DNA of 64,000 nucleotides from contig CAVOGH010000003.1 in assembly GCA_963695185.1 (NCBI GenBank), positions 270,499-334,498 of the forward strand, written 5' to 3'. How positions within the stretch are numbered: the stretch's first letter is position 1; the number at the start of each line of letters is the position of its first letter. The stretch comes from an uncultured Gemmatimonadales bacterium. Lineage in GTDB: Bacteria; Gemmatimonadota; Gemmatimonadetes; Gemmatimonadales; GWC2-71-9. The notes beneath the pieces are model-generated. The model saw only the letters and a list, made by a program, of their open reading frames with translations. It did no database searches and was not told the origin of the DNA. The translations under genes and the position numbers were made by a program. This document shows positions 33,335 through 42,340 of this stretch, piece by piece.

Positions 33335-33631
33335 CTAGTTGCGCAGGAACTCGATGGAGACCACGACCGTCGAATCGCCCGGTGCGGTCGGCCGCCGGAC
33401 CCGGAGCTGGGCGAGCGGGGGCCGTTCCGGCTGGGCGGCGCCCGCCGGCGCGGGTGTGCCGGCGGCCAGGCGGAGCGCAGCGCCGAGCGCCCCTTGGGAC
33501 GGCTCCGCAGGAAGGACGGTGGCGGTGGCCCGGACCGTCGAGCGGTCTTGCGCGCTGAGCGACAGGGGGGCGAGAAGCAAGAACAGGAGCGCCGACAGGG
33601 GTCGGCGGAGTGTCCCGGTCAGGCTGGCCAT
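33335..33631 (-). CDS. Small secreted protein, hypothetical
   Basis: ATG 33631 gives MASLTGTLRRPLSALLFLLLAPLSLSAQ.. (signal peptide). 98 aa, Ala/Pro-rich. Coding status uncertain. Confidence 0.3.
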   Translation of the reverse strand: MASLTGTLRRPLSALLFLLLAPLSLSAQDRSTVRATATVLPAEPSQGALGAALRLAAGTPAPAGAAQPERPPLAQLRVRRPTAPGDSTVVVSIEFLRN

Positions 33632-33763
33632 CGAGCCGCACGGGGCTGGACGTGCCCCGATGTGACCCGGCTCACCGCCGGGGCCTGGAAATGAGGGGAC
33701 AAGTCGCTGTGACATAAGGTCTTGGACCTTCCGGCCGCGCCGAAGGGAGGTGCCAAAAACCAG

Positions 33764-33796
33764 CTTCAAGGTGTACAAGAGATAGACACCTTGAAG
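33764..33796. promoter_or_regulatory. Perfect 11-bp inverted repeat in the AT-richer pilus-locus intergenic region
   Basis: CTTCAAGGTGT-ACAAGAGATAG-ACACCTTGAAG, ~145 nt upstream of the 33941 subunit gene. Confidence 0.35.
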
Positions 33797-33940
33797 TCCT
33801 CTAGGAGCAACTACTTACCGCATGTGGATAACGAGACCTCGACACGCGGCACGTTGGTTGCCCTCCCCCCTGCCAGGGAGCTGGCACTCCCTGGAACTCG
33901 CAGTCTCTGACGACCACACCTACATCCAGAGGGAAGGGCA

Positions 33941-34435
33941 ATGCGAACTCTCACCCGAGTATCGGCCATCACGGCCGCGTTCTTGAGCCTGGCCAGTGTC
34001 GCCCAGGCACAGAGCGCCAACATCAATGCGACCGCGACCGTCTTTCAGGCCATGACCGTCACCGGCGCCCGCGACCTCGACTTCGGGAACGTCTTCCCGG
34101 GCGTGGCGAAGGCGGTCGGCGTGGCGGCTGCGACCAGCGGCCGGTTCGACCTGGCCGGTCAGGCCAGCGCCAACGTGGACCTGACGTTCACGCTGCCGGC
34201 CAACCTCACCAGTGGTGCCAACAACCTGCCGATCGGCACCTGGACCGGCTGCAGCAACGGCACCAACACCACCACGGGCTGCACGGCGTTCACGCCGTCG
34301 GCGTCGGCGAGCTCGACCGCGTTCAGCGGCGCGGGCGCCCTGTTCGTGTGGGTGGGCGGCACCGTCTCTCCGGCGGCGAACCAGGCCGCGGGGAATTACA
34401 TCGGCACGGTCACCATGACCGCGGCCTACTTCTGA
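33941..34435 (+). CDS. Secreted pilus-subunit-like protein (DUF4402 / spore-coat-U-like), divergent major-subunit candidate
   Basis: AGGGAAGGG precedes ATG 33941. Signal peptide ..LSLASVAQAQ. DLDFGNVFPG.. strand, Thr/Ser/Ala-rich middle, C-terminal ..GNYIGTVTMTAAYF. Confidence 0.55.
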   Translation: MRTLTRVSAITAAFLSLASVAQAQSANINATATVFQAMTVTGARDLDFGNVFPGVAKAVGVAAATSGRFDLAGQASANVDLTFTLPANLTSGANNLPIGTWTGCSNGTNTTTGCTAFTPSASASSTAFSGAGALFVWVGGTVSPAANQAAGNYIGTVTMTAAYF

Positions 34436-34535
34436 GTTGCGATTTCCAGGGCTATCCGGATGGCGCACGGGTCGGGCGGACACGGCTATCTTGCTCGTGT
34501 CCCTCGCCCGTGAGGCCTCCCCGGGGATCCCCCCA

Positions 34536-34997
34536 ATGCACCGATGCCGTCGCCTGCTCCTCTTCGCCCTGTTCGCGCTCGCGCCGCCGCTCACCGCGCA
34601 GTCCACGGTCACCGGCATCAGGGACCTGGCGTTCGGGGTCGTAATCCGGGGCGTCGCGACCACCGTCTCGCCCGACGATCCGATCCGCAGCGGGCGTTTC
34701 TACATCCGCCATGTCCTCGGCCGGCAGGTACAAGTCCGCTTCACCTTGCCGACCCAGCTGGCCCGCGTGGGCGGTGGTGGGACGCTGGCGATCAGTTTCC
34801 GGAACGGGGATGCCAAGGCACAAGGCACCGCCCCGAGCAGCCCTCCGATCTATTTCAACCCGAAGGCGAACAAGAAGATCGACCTGACTACCAGCGCCGA
34901 CCTGTTCGTGAACCTCGGCGGGCAAGTCTCGCCGACCGCCGCCCAGCCAGCCGGGGCATACGTCGGCACCGTCGTTCTGACCTGCACCTTCTTCTAG
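34536..34997 (+). CDS. Secreted pilus-subunit-like protein (DUF4402 / spore-coat-U-like), paralogue 2
   Basis: ATG 34536 gives MHRCRRLLLFALFALAPPLTAQ (signal peptide). C-terminal ..GAYVGTVVLTCTFF. Confidence 0.55.
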   Translation: MHRCRRLLLFALFALAPPLTAQSTVTGIRDLAFGVVIRGVATTVSPDDPIRSGRFYIRHVLGRQVQVRFTLPTQLARVGGGGTLAISFRNGDAKAQGTAPSSPPIYFNPKANKKIDLTTSADLFVNLGGQVSPTAAQPAGAYVGTVVLTCTFF

Positions 34998-35005
34998 GGA
35001 TCGCG

Positions 35006-35839
35006 ATGCCACAGCGCCGCACCGGAACGATTCTGGTCCTTCTGCTGGGCCTGACCCAGGCCGCCCTTGCCCAGGGGGTAGTCGTCGCGCCGCACGCCAT
35101 CTACCTGGATCACCGCACCCGGAGCGCGTCCATCACGCTCTACAATCCGGGCGCCGATCCGGCCGAAGTAACGATCTCCTCCATGTATGGCTACCCGGTG
35201 ACCGACTCGCTCGGTCACTTCACCCTCCGCCTGCCCGACTCGGTAGACGCCTCGATGCCGGCCGCCACGGCGTGGATTGACGCCTTTCCCCGGCGGATGA
35301 CGATCCCCCCGCTACAGCGTCAGACCGTGCGCCTGCTGGCCCGGCCGCCGCTGAGCCTGGCCGACGGGGAGTACTGGTCCCGGATCATGGTCTCGGCCAA
35401 GGGCGCCGCGCTACCGGTCGCCTCCAGCGACACCAGCGGGATCCAGATCGGCCTCTCGCTCGAGGTCCGCACCATCATCCCGCTCATCTACCGCAAGGGC
35501 CCGTTGCACACCGGCGTGGTCGTCTACGACCTCCGGGCGGTGCCCCAGGGCGATTCGATCGCCGTTCGCGTCCGACTGGAGCGCCGGGGCACCTCCGCCT
35601 ACATCGGGACCGCGACCGGCACCCTGGCGAACGCCGCCGGGACCAAGGTTGCCGGTTTCCAGCAGCCCGTGGCCGTCTACTACGACGCCGAGCCGTCCTT
35701 CATGCTGCCCAGTGCCGGACTCCCTGCCGGGAGCTATCGCCTGCACCTGGTGCTCAGCAGCGAGCGGCCCGACATCGCTCCGGAGCTGCTCCTGCGGGCA
35801 CCGGTGTCCCGCGACTCCATCACCGTGGTGCTGCCGTGA
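35006..35839 (+). CDS. Putative periplasmic pilus chaperone (PapD-like)
   Basis: ATG 35006 lies 9 nt after the preceding stop. Signal peptide ..LLLGLTQAALAQ. The opening GVVVAPHAIYLDHRTRSASITLYNPGADPAEVTIS resembles the first strands of PapD-like chaperones. Two beta-rich halves. The stop overlaps the next start. Confidence 0.5.
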   Translation: MPQRRTGTILVLLLGLTQAALAQGVVVAPHAIYLDHRTRSASITLYNPGADPAEVTISSMYGYPVTDSLGHFTLRLPDSVDASMPAATAWIDAFPRRMTIPPLQRQTVRLLARPPLSLADGEYWSRIMVSAKGAALPVASSDTSGIQIGLSLEVRTIIPLIYRKGPLHTGVVVYDLRAVPQGDSIAVRVRLERRGTSAYIGTATGTLANAAGTKVAGFQQPVAVYYDAEPSFMLPSAGLPAGSYRLHLVLSSERPDIAPELLLRAPVSRDSITVVLP

Positions 35840-38755
35840 GACGGACCGGACGGCGTCGCCGCGCCCTGCTGCTCTTCGCCCTGGTGGCGTTGAGCGGTGG
35901 AGCACGGACCGACGCCGGTCCGGTGCGGTTCCCTGGCCATATGCCCACGGCCACCGGTCAGCCCGCGACGCGGACCGCTGGCGCCAGCCAGCCGAAGGCG
36001 CCATCTACTCCATCTGCCAAGCTCCGCACCCTGCGGGTCGCCAGCGACCATCGCCGCGCTCCGGCGTCCCGTCACGACGCGGCCACCAGCGCCGGCGAGT
36101 CCAGCCCGAGCGGCCGCGCGGTCCTGCGGATGGTGCTGGCGCAGGCCGAGCGGGTGGCGATCGCGGTAGGCGAGTGGCTCCAGCCCAGGACCGCCGAGGC
36201 GCAGGAGCCACGCCGGGATGGTGCCGCCGGGCAGACGCAGGCCAGGGGCGCCGCCTTCCGGACCATCGCCCCGCTTCCGGGGCTCGAGCCGGTGCTGATC
36301 GAACTCATGCTGGGCCGCATCGCCAGCCGCACCGTCGAGGCCTACCGGGCCGGCGACGAGGCGCTGGTACCGCTCGGCGCCTTCTTCGAGCTGGCGGAGA
36401 TTCGCACCTTCCGCCGCCCCGGTGGCATCCTCGAAGCGATGGTCCAGCCGGGGAATGTGCCGCTGGTTCTCGATCCCGCAAGTCGCTCCCTCCGGGTCGG
36501 CAAGGACGTGCTGCCGCTCGGACCGGAGGAGATGGTCGCCGCCCGGGGTGAGGTCTTCCTGAGCACGGCCGTGCTGGCGCGGATCTTCGCCCTCGAATGG
36601 GACATCAGCTGGCCGGACCTGCAGGTCGCGGTGCTGGAGCCGGGCACGCTGCCGGTCGCCCGCCGCATCCGGCGGGAGTCCATGATCCGCGCGCAGCTCA
36701 TGAGTTCGGGCGCCCCGGATCAGGCGGGGCTCCACCTCGGCGTACAGCGCTCCCAGCTCAAGGGACTGATCCTGGACTATTCGTTCCTCACGCCTACCAA
36801 CGGACTCGATGCGGGCGCCTACGCCACCACGATGGGCCTCGATCTCTTCGGCGGGTCGCTGGCCGTCGGGGTCCAGAGCCAGAACGGGACCGGGCGTCCA
36901 CCGCGGACCGAGGCCTCCTGGACCGGCATCTGGCGCGAGAACCGCTGGCTCTCGCAGGCGACAGATCGGTGACGGCATCAGCACCGGGCCCCGGTCGCGC
37001 AGCCTGCGCGGCGTCTCGCTCTCCAACAGCCCCTATGCCCGTCCGTCCATCCTGGGCCACGTCCCCTTCGAGGGCCAGCTGGGCGCCGGCTGGACCGTGG
37101 AGGCCTACCGGGGCGGCCGGCTGATCGGGTTCGACTCCGTCAACTCGCTGGGCCAGTACTCCTTCGATGTGCCGATCCAGTACGGCGAGAACCCGGTGGA
37201 CTTCGTGGCCTATGGGCCGTTCGGCGAAGTACGCGAGTTCAACCAGACCTATCGCCTGCGCACCGAGGGACTGCCGGCGCGGCGGCTCGAGTATGGCATC
37301 TCGGCCGGCGAGTGCCGGACCGAGCGCTGCACCAACACCGCCAACGTGGACGTCCGCTACGGCATCAACACCCGGTGGACGGCGCGGGCCGGGCTCGATC
37401 AGTTCGGGCGCGACAGCCTGGGCGACCTCACCCACCCCTACGTCGGGCTGCTCGGCAACGTCACCAACTCGATCGCGCTCGAAGCCGAGGCGGTGGGAAA
37501 CGCCGTACTGCGGGGAGCGCTGCGCTACGAGCCCTCGGTCAACCTCGCGGTGCAGGCGGAAGGCCACCGCTTTGCCCGGAGCCCGCGCGACCCGATCCTC
37601 ACTCCCGAGGGCCGGCTGAACCAGCTCACCCTCTCCGCCTTTCTCCGACCGCTGGGCCAGGCGAGCGGGCTGTTGTTCGAGGGCAGCGTGGACCGGGTCC
37701 ACGCCGCCACCAGCGACCTGACCAGCGCCAGGCTGGGTGCATCGTTCCAGGTGTCCGAGGTGCGGGTGCTGCCCGCAATGCGCATGCAGCAGACCTCCGG
37801 CGCGGGACCGGTGTTCCGCCAGACGTTCTTCAGCCTGAACACCTTTGTGCTGCCCCAGCCGTCGCTGGGCCGGCTTCTCGGCCGGCTGACCGCTCGCACC
37901 AGCCTGGACGTCGAAAGCGGCGTGGGTCCGGCCAGTGCCTCGGCCTTTGTCAGCGCCCCCCTGCTCCGCGGCCTGCGCGCCGAGACCGGCGTGACCTGGA
38001 TGCGGGGCACCGACGGACCCGGACTGTCGCTCCTCATCGCCGCCGAATTGCCCAGCATCCGGTCGTATACCACCGTGACGGCCGGGGGCGGCCGGGAGGC
38101 GATGGGCACCCAGTACGTCACCGGCTCCGCGATCTACAATCCGGCCCGTGGCGGGGCGGATTTCTACGGCAATTCGTCCCTCTCCCGCGGCGGCGTGACG
38201 GGGCGGGTCTTCCTCGACCTCAACGGCAATGGCAAGTTCGACCGGGACGAGCACCCACTTCCGGGCGTGCGCGTCGTGGTGGGACCGACGTTCGATTTCT
38301 CGGACGAGAACGGCGCGTACCGGGTCTGGGACGTGCTCCCTTACGAACCGGCGCAGGTGACGGTGGATTCCGCCTCCATCCCCTCTCCGCTGTGGGTCCC
38401 CGGCTTCGCCATGGCGCTGATCGAGCCGTCGCCCAACCGCTACCGCACCCTCGACGTGCCGATCGTGCCGGCGGGCGTCATCGAGGGCCGGCTGGCAGGA
38501 CCCGCGGCCCACCGGGTGGGGTCGGCGGCGGTCACGCTGATACTGCACAACAAGAAGACCGGTGAGAAGCGGCGGATTGACACCTTCTCCGACGGGACGT
38601 TCTACGCGATGGGGGTACGCGCCGGCGAGTGGCAGCTGTCGGTGGATCCCTCCTGTCTCACCCTGCTCGGCGCGGCGTCCGCTCCCATTTCCTTCGTCAT
38701 GAAGGCCAGCGCCGAGGGCGAGACCGTCAGCGGCCTGGAGCTGATTCTGGACTAG
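35836..38755 (+). CDS. Putative outer-membrane pilus usher with C-terminal CarboxypepD_reg-like domains, one frameshift in this assembly
   Basis: The two track ORFs (35836-36972 and 36809-38755) join near 36950-36965 (+1). ..QIGDGISTGPRSRSLRGVSLSNSPY..ILGHVPFEGQLGAGWTVEAYRGGRLIGFDSV..GQYSFDVP.. resembles the usher motif (lGD..t.g..f....rGv.l.sd / V.V..nG). A long beta-barrel-like region follows. The C-terminal ..GRVFLDLNGNGKFDRDE.. repeats are also present. Confidence 0.5.
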
Positions 38756-38781
38756 CGAGACGCCCCGGCCCGGACAAACAA

Positions 38782-38806
38782 ACACCCCCACTCCTCGTGG
38801 GGGTGT
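38782..38806. terminator. Bidirectional GC hairpin between convergent genes
   Basis: ACACCCCCAC-TCCTC-GTGGGGGTGT, a perfect 10-bp stem between the usher gene (+) and the 38899 gene (-). Confidence 0.5.
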
Positions 38807-38898
38807 CGGCCAGGGCGGGGAGCCCTGACCTGCTGGGCAACCGGTTTGGAGAGGCCGTAGGAAGGGCCGGTTCACCCCATTCGATTGAATCGATCAGG

Positions 38899-39354
38899 TC
38901 AGTCGCGATCCCACCGATCATCGTTCCTGCCACCGTGGCCAGTCCGGTCGTACCGATCGTACCCCGCGTCCCGGCCGTCACTGTAGTACCGCCCACTCCG
39001 CTCGTACACCACAACTGCGCGCAGCCCTTGCTGGTTCCGGTCGTGGCCGTCGTAGTAGCGGCGGTGGTCGTAGTCGTACCAGATGCGCACCGGCCGGTAT
39101 CCGTGGCGGCGGTACCAGCCTTGTCCCCGTGGCCGGTGGACGACCACGACCTCGTGGTACACCGGCCGGTGGCGATAGCGGGGACGGACTTCCAGCAGGG
39201 TGTGTGGGGAGTAGTGGTAATGGTCTCCCAGGATGACTCGGCCACTGACCGGACCGTGCCCGATGGAGATGTCGGCGGTGACGCGCTGGGCCGCCAGGGT
39301 GCCCGGCAGCACAAGCAACAGCGCCAAGGCCGGCCACGAACGACGAACTGACAT
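38899..39354 (-). CDS. Secreted His/Arg/Tyr/Asp-rich protein, hypothetical
   Basis: ATG 39354 after GAGGA. Signal peptide MSVRRSWPALALLLVLPGTLAAQ. The mature part is dominated by R/H/Y/D (..RPRYRHRPVYHEVVVVHRPRGQGWYRRHGYRPVRIWYDYDHRRYYDGHDRN..). Confidence 0.5.
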   Translation of the reverse strand: MSVRRSWPALALLLVLPGTLAAQRVTADISIGHGPVSGRVILGDHYHYSPHTLLEVRPRYRHRPVYHEVVVVHRPRGQGWYRRHGYRPVRIWYDYDHRRYYDGHDRNQQGLRAVVVYERSGRYYSDGRDAGYDRYDRTGHGGRNDDRWDRD

Positions 39355-39555
39355 GGAGATCCTCACAGGATTGAGGTACAGGGAGACCACAATGCCAGCT
39401 GCGTGCCAAAGTCGGAAACGGATGGGAGACATTGAGTTGCGCGATTCCGCCAAGCTCGGGAGTGTCCTCGATTGGAGACGGCGGGCAGGAAAAGTGTCCT
39501 CCCGGGAGACACTGTCGGCAGGAGAGGGGTCACATAAAAATGCGAAGGGATCACC

Positions 39556-39584
39556 TTGACACTGCCTTGGGGGGCCAGCATACT
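39556..39584 (+). promoter_or_regulatory. Sigma70-like promoter candidate for fae (TTGACA-N17-CATACT)
   Basis: TTGACA at 39556-39561, 17-nt spacer, CATACT at 39579-39584 (alternatively TACTAT at 39581-39586). Lies in an AT-richer region and implies a ~175-nt leader. Confidence 0.4.
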
Positions 39585-39766
39585 ATGGCCTCCCATGGTG
39601 CCGAGGCTGGCGCTTGGGTCCTTGCCGGACGGTGCTCTCCCAGTACGCCACATCGGACCGTTCGCGCTGATTCGCGGGATTCCCCTTGCCCCCGTGGAAG
39701 CTGCATATGTCTATGTGGCAACAGATACTCACCTTCCTTACAACTTCCTCGCAATCGGAGGGCAGC

Positions 39767-40279
39767 ATGGCAGCGGATTTCTTCTTGGGCGAGTCACTCG
39801 TAGGTGAGGGCAATGAAATCGCCCACATCGATCTGATTATCGGCAGCAAGAGCGGTCACGCCGGCGCGGCCTTCTGCAACGCGCTCACGAACAACAAGGA
39901 CGGCTTCACCACGCTGCTCGCGGTGGTGGCGCCGAACCTGCCGGCCAAGCCGGACACCATCATGTTCAACAAGGTGACCATCAAGGGCGCCACGCAGGCG
40001 GTGCAGATGTTCGGCCCGGCCCAGGCGGCCGTGGCCCGCGCCGTCGTGGACAGCGTGGCCTCCGGGGTCATCCCGAAGGACAAGGCCAACGACTGGTGCG
40101 TGATGGTCGGGGTGTTCATCCACTGGCAGGCCGCAGACGACAAGAAGATCTATCAGTTCAACTACCAGGCGACCAAGGAATCCATCGAGCGGGCGCTCAA
40201 GGGCCTGCCGACGGTGGATTCGGTGGTCAGTGGCTCCAAGACCGCGCGTCACCCGTTCTCGGGCGTGGATAACGCCTGA
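39767..40279 (+). CDS. fae: Formaldehyde-activating enzyme (5,6,7,8-tetrahydromethanopterin hydro-lyase)
   Basis: GGAG RBS at 39757-39760, ATG 39767. [71 protein letters not shown] and HPF are near-colinear with Methylorubrum Fae as I recall it. Confidence 0.9.
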   Translation: MAADFFLGESLVGEGNEIAHIDLIIGSKSGHAGAAFCNALTNNKDGFTTLLAVVAPNLPAKPDTIMFNKVTIKGATQAVQMFGPAQAAVARAVVDSVASGVIPKDKANDWCVMVGVFIHWQAADDKKIYQFNYQATKESIERALKGLPTVDSVVSGSKTARHPFSGVDNA

Positions 40280-40300
40280 GTCCCGGCCCACTCGCGGGAG

Positions 40301-40332
40301 ACAGAGGGGCGGGGCGATCCCCGCCCCTCTGT
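40301..40332 (+). terminator. Strong GC hairpin downstream of fae
   Basis: ACAGAGGGGCGGGG-CGAT-CCCCGCCCCTCTGT, a perfect 14-bp stem 22 nt after the fae stop. No clear U-tract. Confidence 0.6.
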
Positions 40333-40400
40333 CATGTCAGGCTCTCACGCCGTGACGGGCGGCTCCGGCCGCCCGGACGGACCCTCAGGGACTTGCCGAT

Positions 40401-41270
40401 ATGCGTAAACTCCTCCTCCAGCTCGACTCCTCCCGGCACCCCAGCGTCTTCGACCAGGTCGTCGCCTACGACGGCGGCGCCGATGAAATCATGAGTTACG
40501 GCGGCGTCACGCCGGAGGACGTCCGCGACCTGGTACATGGCTGCATCTTCACCCGGGGCCCCAAGGACCTGCACCGGACCGCCATCTGGATCGGCGGCAA
40601 CAACATGTCCCAGGGGGAGCAGCTGCTGGCCATGGCGGTGGACGCGATGTTTCCGCCCTTCAACGTCTCGGTCATGCTGGACTCCAACGGCTCCAACACC
40701 ACGGCGGTGGCCGCGGTGGTGAAGATCGAGCAGACCCTCGGCGACCTGAAGGACAAGAACGTCCTGGTGCTGGCCGGTACCGGACCGGTCGGCCAGCGGG
40801 CCGCCGGGCTGCTGGCCCGCGACGGCGCCAGGGTCACGATCACCTCCCGGAAGCCGGAGCAGGGCGAGAAGGCCCGCCAGTTCATCAGCGCCCGGTTCAA
40901 TGTCCAGGTGGAGGCGGTCACGCTATCGGATCCGGCCCAGGCCGGGGAGCTGCTCGAGGGCGTGGACGTGCTGCTCAACTCGGGCCCGGCCGGGGTCCAG
41001 ATGGTTCCCAAGTCCGCCTGGACCGCGCACAAGTCCATCAAGGTGGCGGTAGACCTGAACGCCGTGCCGCCGCTGGGGATCGAGGGGATCGAGGTCAACG
41101 ATGCCGGGAAGGAACGCCACGGCGTGGTGATGTTCGGCGCCTTCGGCGTCGGGAACTTCAAGACCAAGCTCCACAAGCGCTGCGTGGCCTGCCTGTTCGA
41201 GAAGAACGATCTGGTCCTGGACGCCGAGCACATCGCGGAGATCGCCCGGGCACTGGTCAAGACCGAGTGA
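40401..41270 (+). CDS. mtdB: NAD(P)-dependent methylene-tetrahydromethanopterin dehydrogenase (MtdA/B/C family)
   Basis: ..PSVFDQVVAYDGGAD.., ..WIGGNN.., ..LAGTGPVGQRAA.. (Rossmann) and ..VAVDLNAVPPLGIEGIEVND.. match the Mtd family. The subtype (A/B/C) is not resolvable by eye. Confidence 0.8.
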   Translation: MRKLLLQLDSSRHPSVFDQVVAYDGGADEIMSYGGVTPEDVRDLVHGCIFTRGPKDLHRTAIWIGGNNMSQGEQLLAMAVDAMFPPFNVSVMLDSNGSNTTAVAAVVKIEQTLGDLKDKNVLVLAGTGPVGQRAAGLLARDGARVTITSRKPEQGEKARQFISARFNVQVEAVTLSDPAQAGELLEGVDVLLNSGPAGVQMVPKSAWTAHKSIKVAVDLNAVPPLGIEGIEVNDAGKERHGVVMFGAFGVGNFKTKLHKRCVACLFEKNDLVLDAEHIAEIARALVKTE

Positions 41271-41306
41271 GCCATTCCGGATCACCGCCCCGGGCTGACA
41301 GCCCTC

Positions 41307-42340
41307 ATGCCACGCGCCATCGGGGTTGATCCGGGCACCGTCTCGATCGACGTCTGCGGGCTGGCGGACGGCGAGATCTTCCTCGACGCCAGCCTGCCCA
41401 CCGCCGAGGCTCTGGCCGAGCCCGACACCTTCCTGCAGCTCCTCTCCAGTCACGGGCCGCCCGACCTGATCGCCGGCCCGTCCGGGTACGGCCTTCCACT
41501 GCTCCCCGCCGACCGCACCACCGAGGACGACCTGCGCCTGGCCTTCCTTGCCGCCGACGGCGAAGCCGGCGGCATCGGAGGGCTGCGCCGGATGGCCATG
41601 CTGCTGGCCGGGTCCGGGCTGCCGGTGGTCTTCACCCCGGGGGTGATCCACCTCCCCACGGTGCCGGAGCACCGCAAGCTCAACCGGGTGGATCTCGGGA
41701 CGGCGGACAAGGTGGCGGCGGCGGCGCTGGCTGTGTGGCAGGAATCCCAGCGGCGAGCAACCAGCGCGGACCGGACCTCGTTCTGGCTGCTGGAACTGGG
41801 TGGCGCGTTCACGGCCGCGATGGCGGTTCGGGACGGGGCGATCGTGGACGGCCAGGGAGGCAGCAGCGGACCGATGGGATGGCAGGCGGCGGTGGGTGGG
41901 ATGGCGAGGTCGCGTTTCTGGCCCGGGAGGTCACCAAGGACCTGCTGTTCCAGGGGGGCCGGGTTTCACGGCCCGGGCCGGTAGGCCTCGCCGCGTACGT
42001 CGAGGGGGTGCACCGGGCGGCGCTGAGTCTCTCCGCCGCGCACCCGAAGCCGGAGGTCATCCTGCTGTCCGGCCGGCACGCCGGCGACCCGGATGTCCGG
42101 GGCGCGCTGGAACCGAGGCTGCGGTCGCTCGCCCCCGTGGCAGACCTCACCGGGTTCGCCCGGGTGGCGAAGAGCGGGGCGCAGGGCGCGGCGCTCATCG
42201 CGGACGGGCTGGCCGGGGGCCGGCACGCGGACATCGTGGCGGCGCTGCGACTGCGGGAGGCACGTGGCACGGTACTCGACTACCTGACGGTGATCACCCC
42301 GGCCGCCGCCCGCCAGCGCCTGGGCATGACGGACCGCTAG
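41307..42340 (+). CDS. DUF1464-family (acetate/sugar-kinase-fold) protein of H4MPT clusters, one frameshift in this assembly
   Basis: MPRAIGVDPGTVSIDVCGL.. in the 41307 frame continues as ..DGEVAFLAREVTKDLLFQGG.. in the 41735 frame. The junction (-1) lies around 41880-41905. Confidence 0.6.

Noticed and set aside
33882-33896. TGGCAC that could be the -24 element of a sigma-54 promoter upstream of the pilus subunit gene
   Set aside because: The sequence is TGGCAC-TCCCT-GGAA. The -12 TTGC/GC element is missing at the required spacing.
37125-37150. GGTTCGACTCC, resembling a tRNA T-arm
   Set aside because: No acceptor, D or anticodon stems can be built around it. It lies inside the usher-like coding region. 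No tRNA, rRNA or tmRNA was found anywhere in the window by eye.
36794-38875. 693-aa minus-strand ORF opposite the usher-like gene, and the similar 35734-37026, 8552-9889, 18708-20063, 21205-22236, 1172-2329 and 55741-56820 ORFs
   Set aside because: These are shadow ORFs antisense to better-supported genes. They have no start context or RBS, and their composition is biased.
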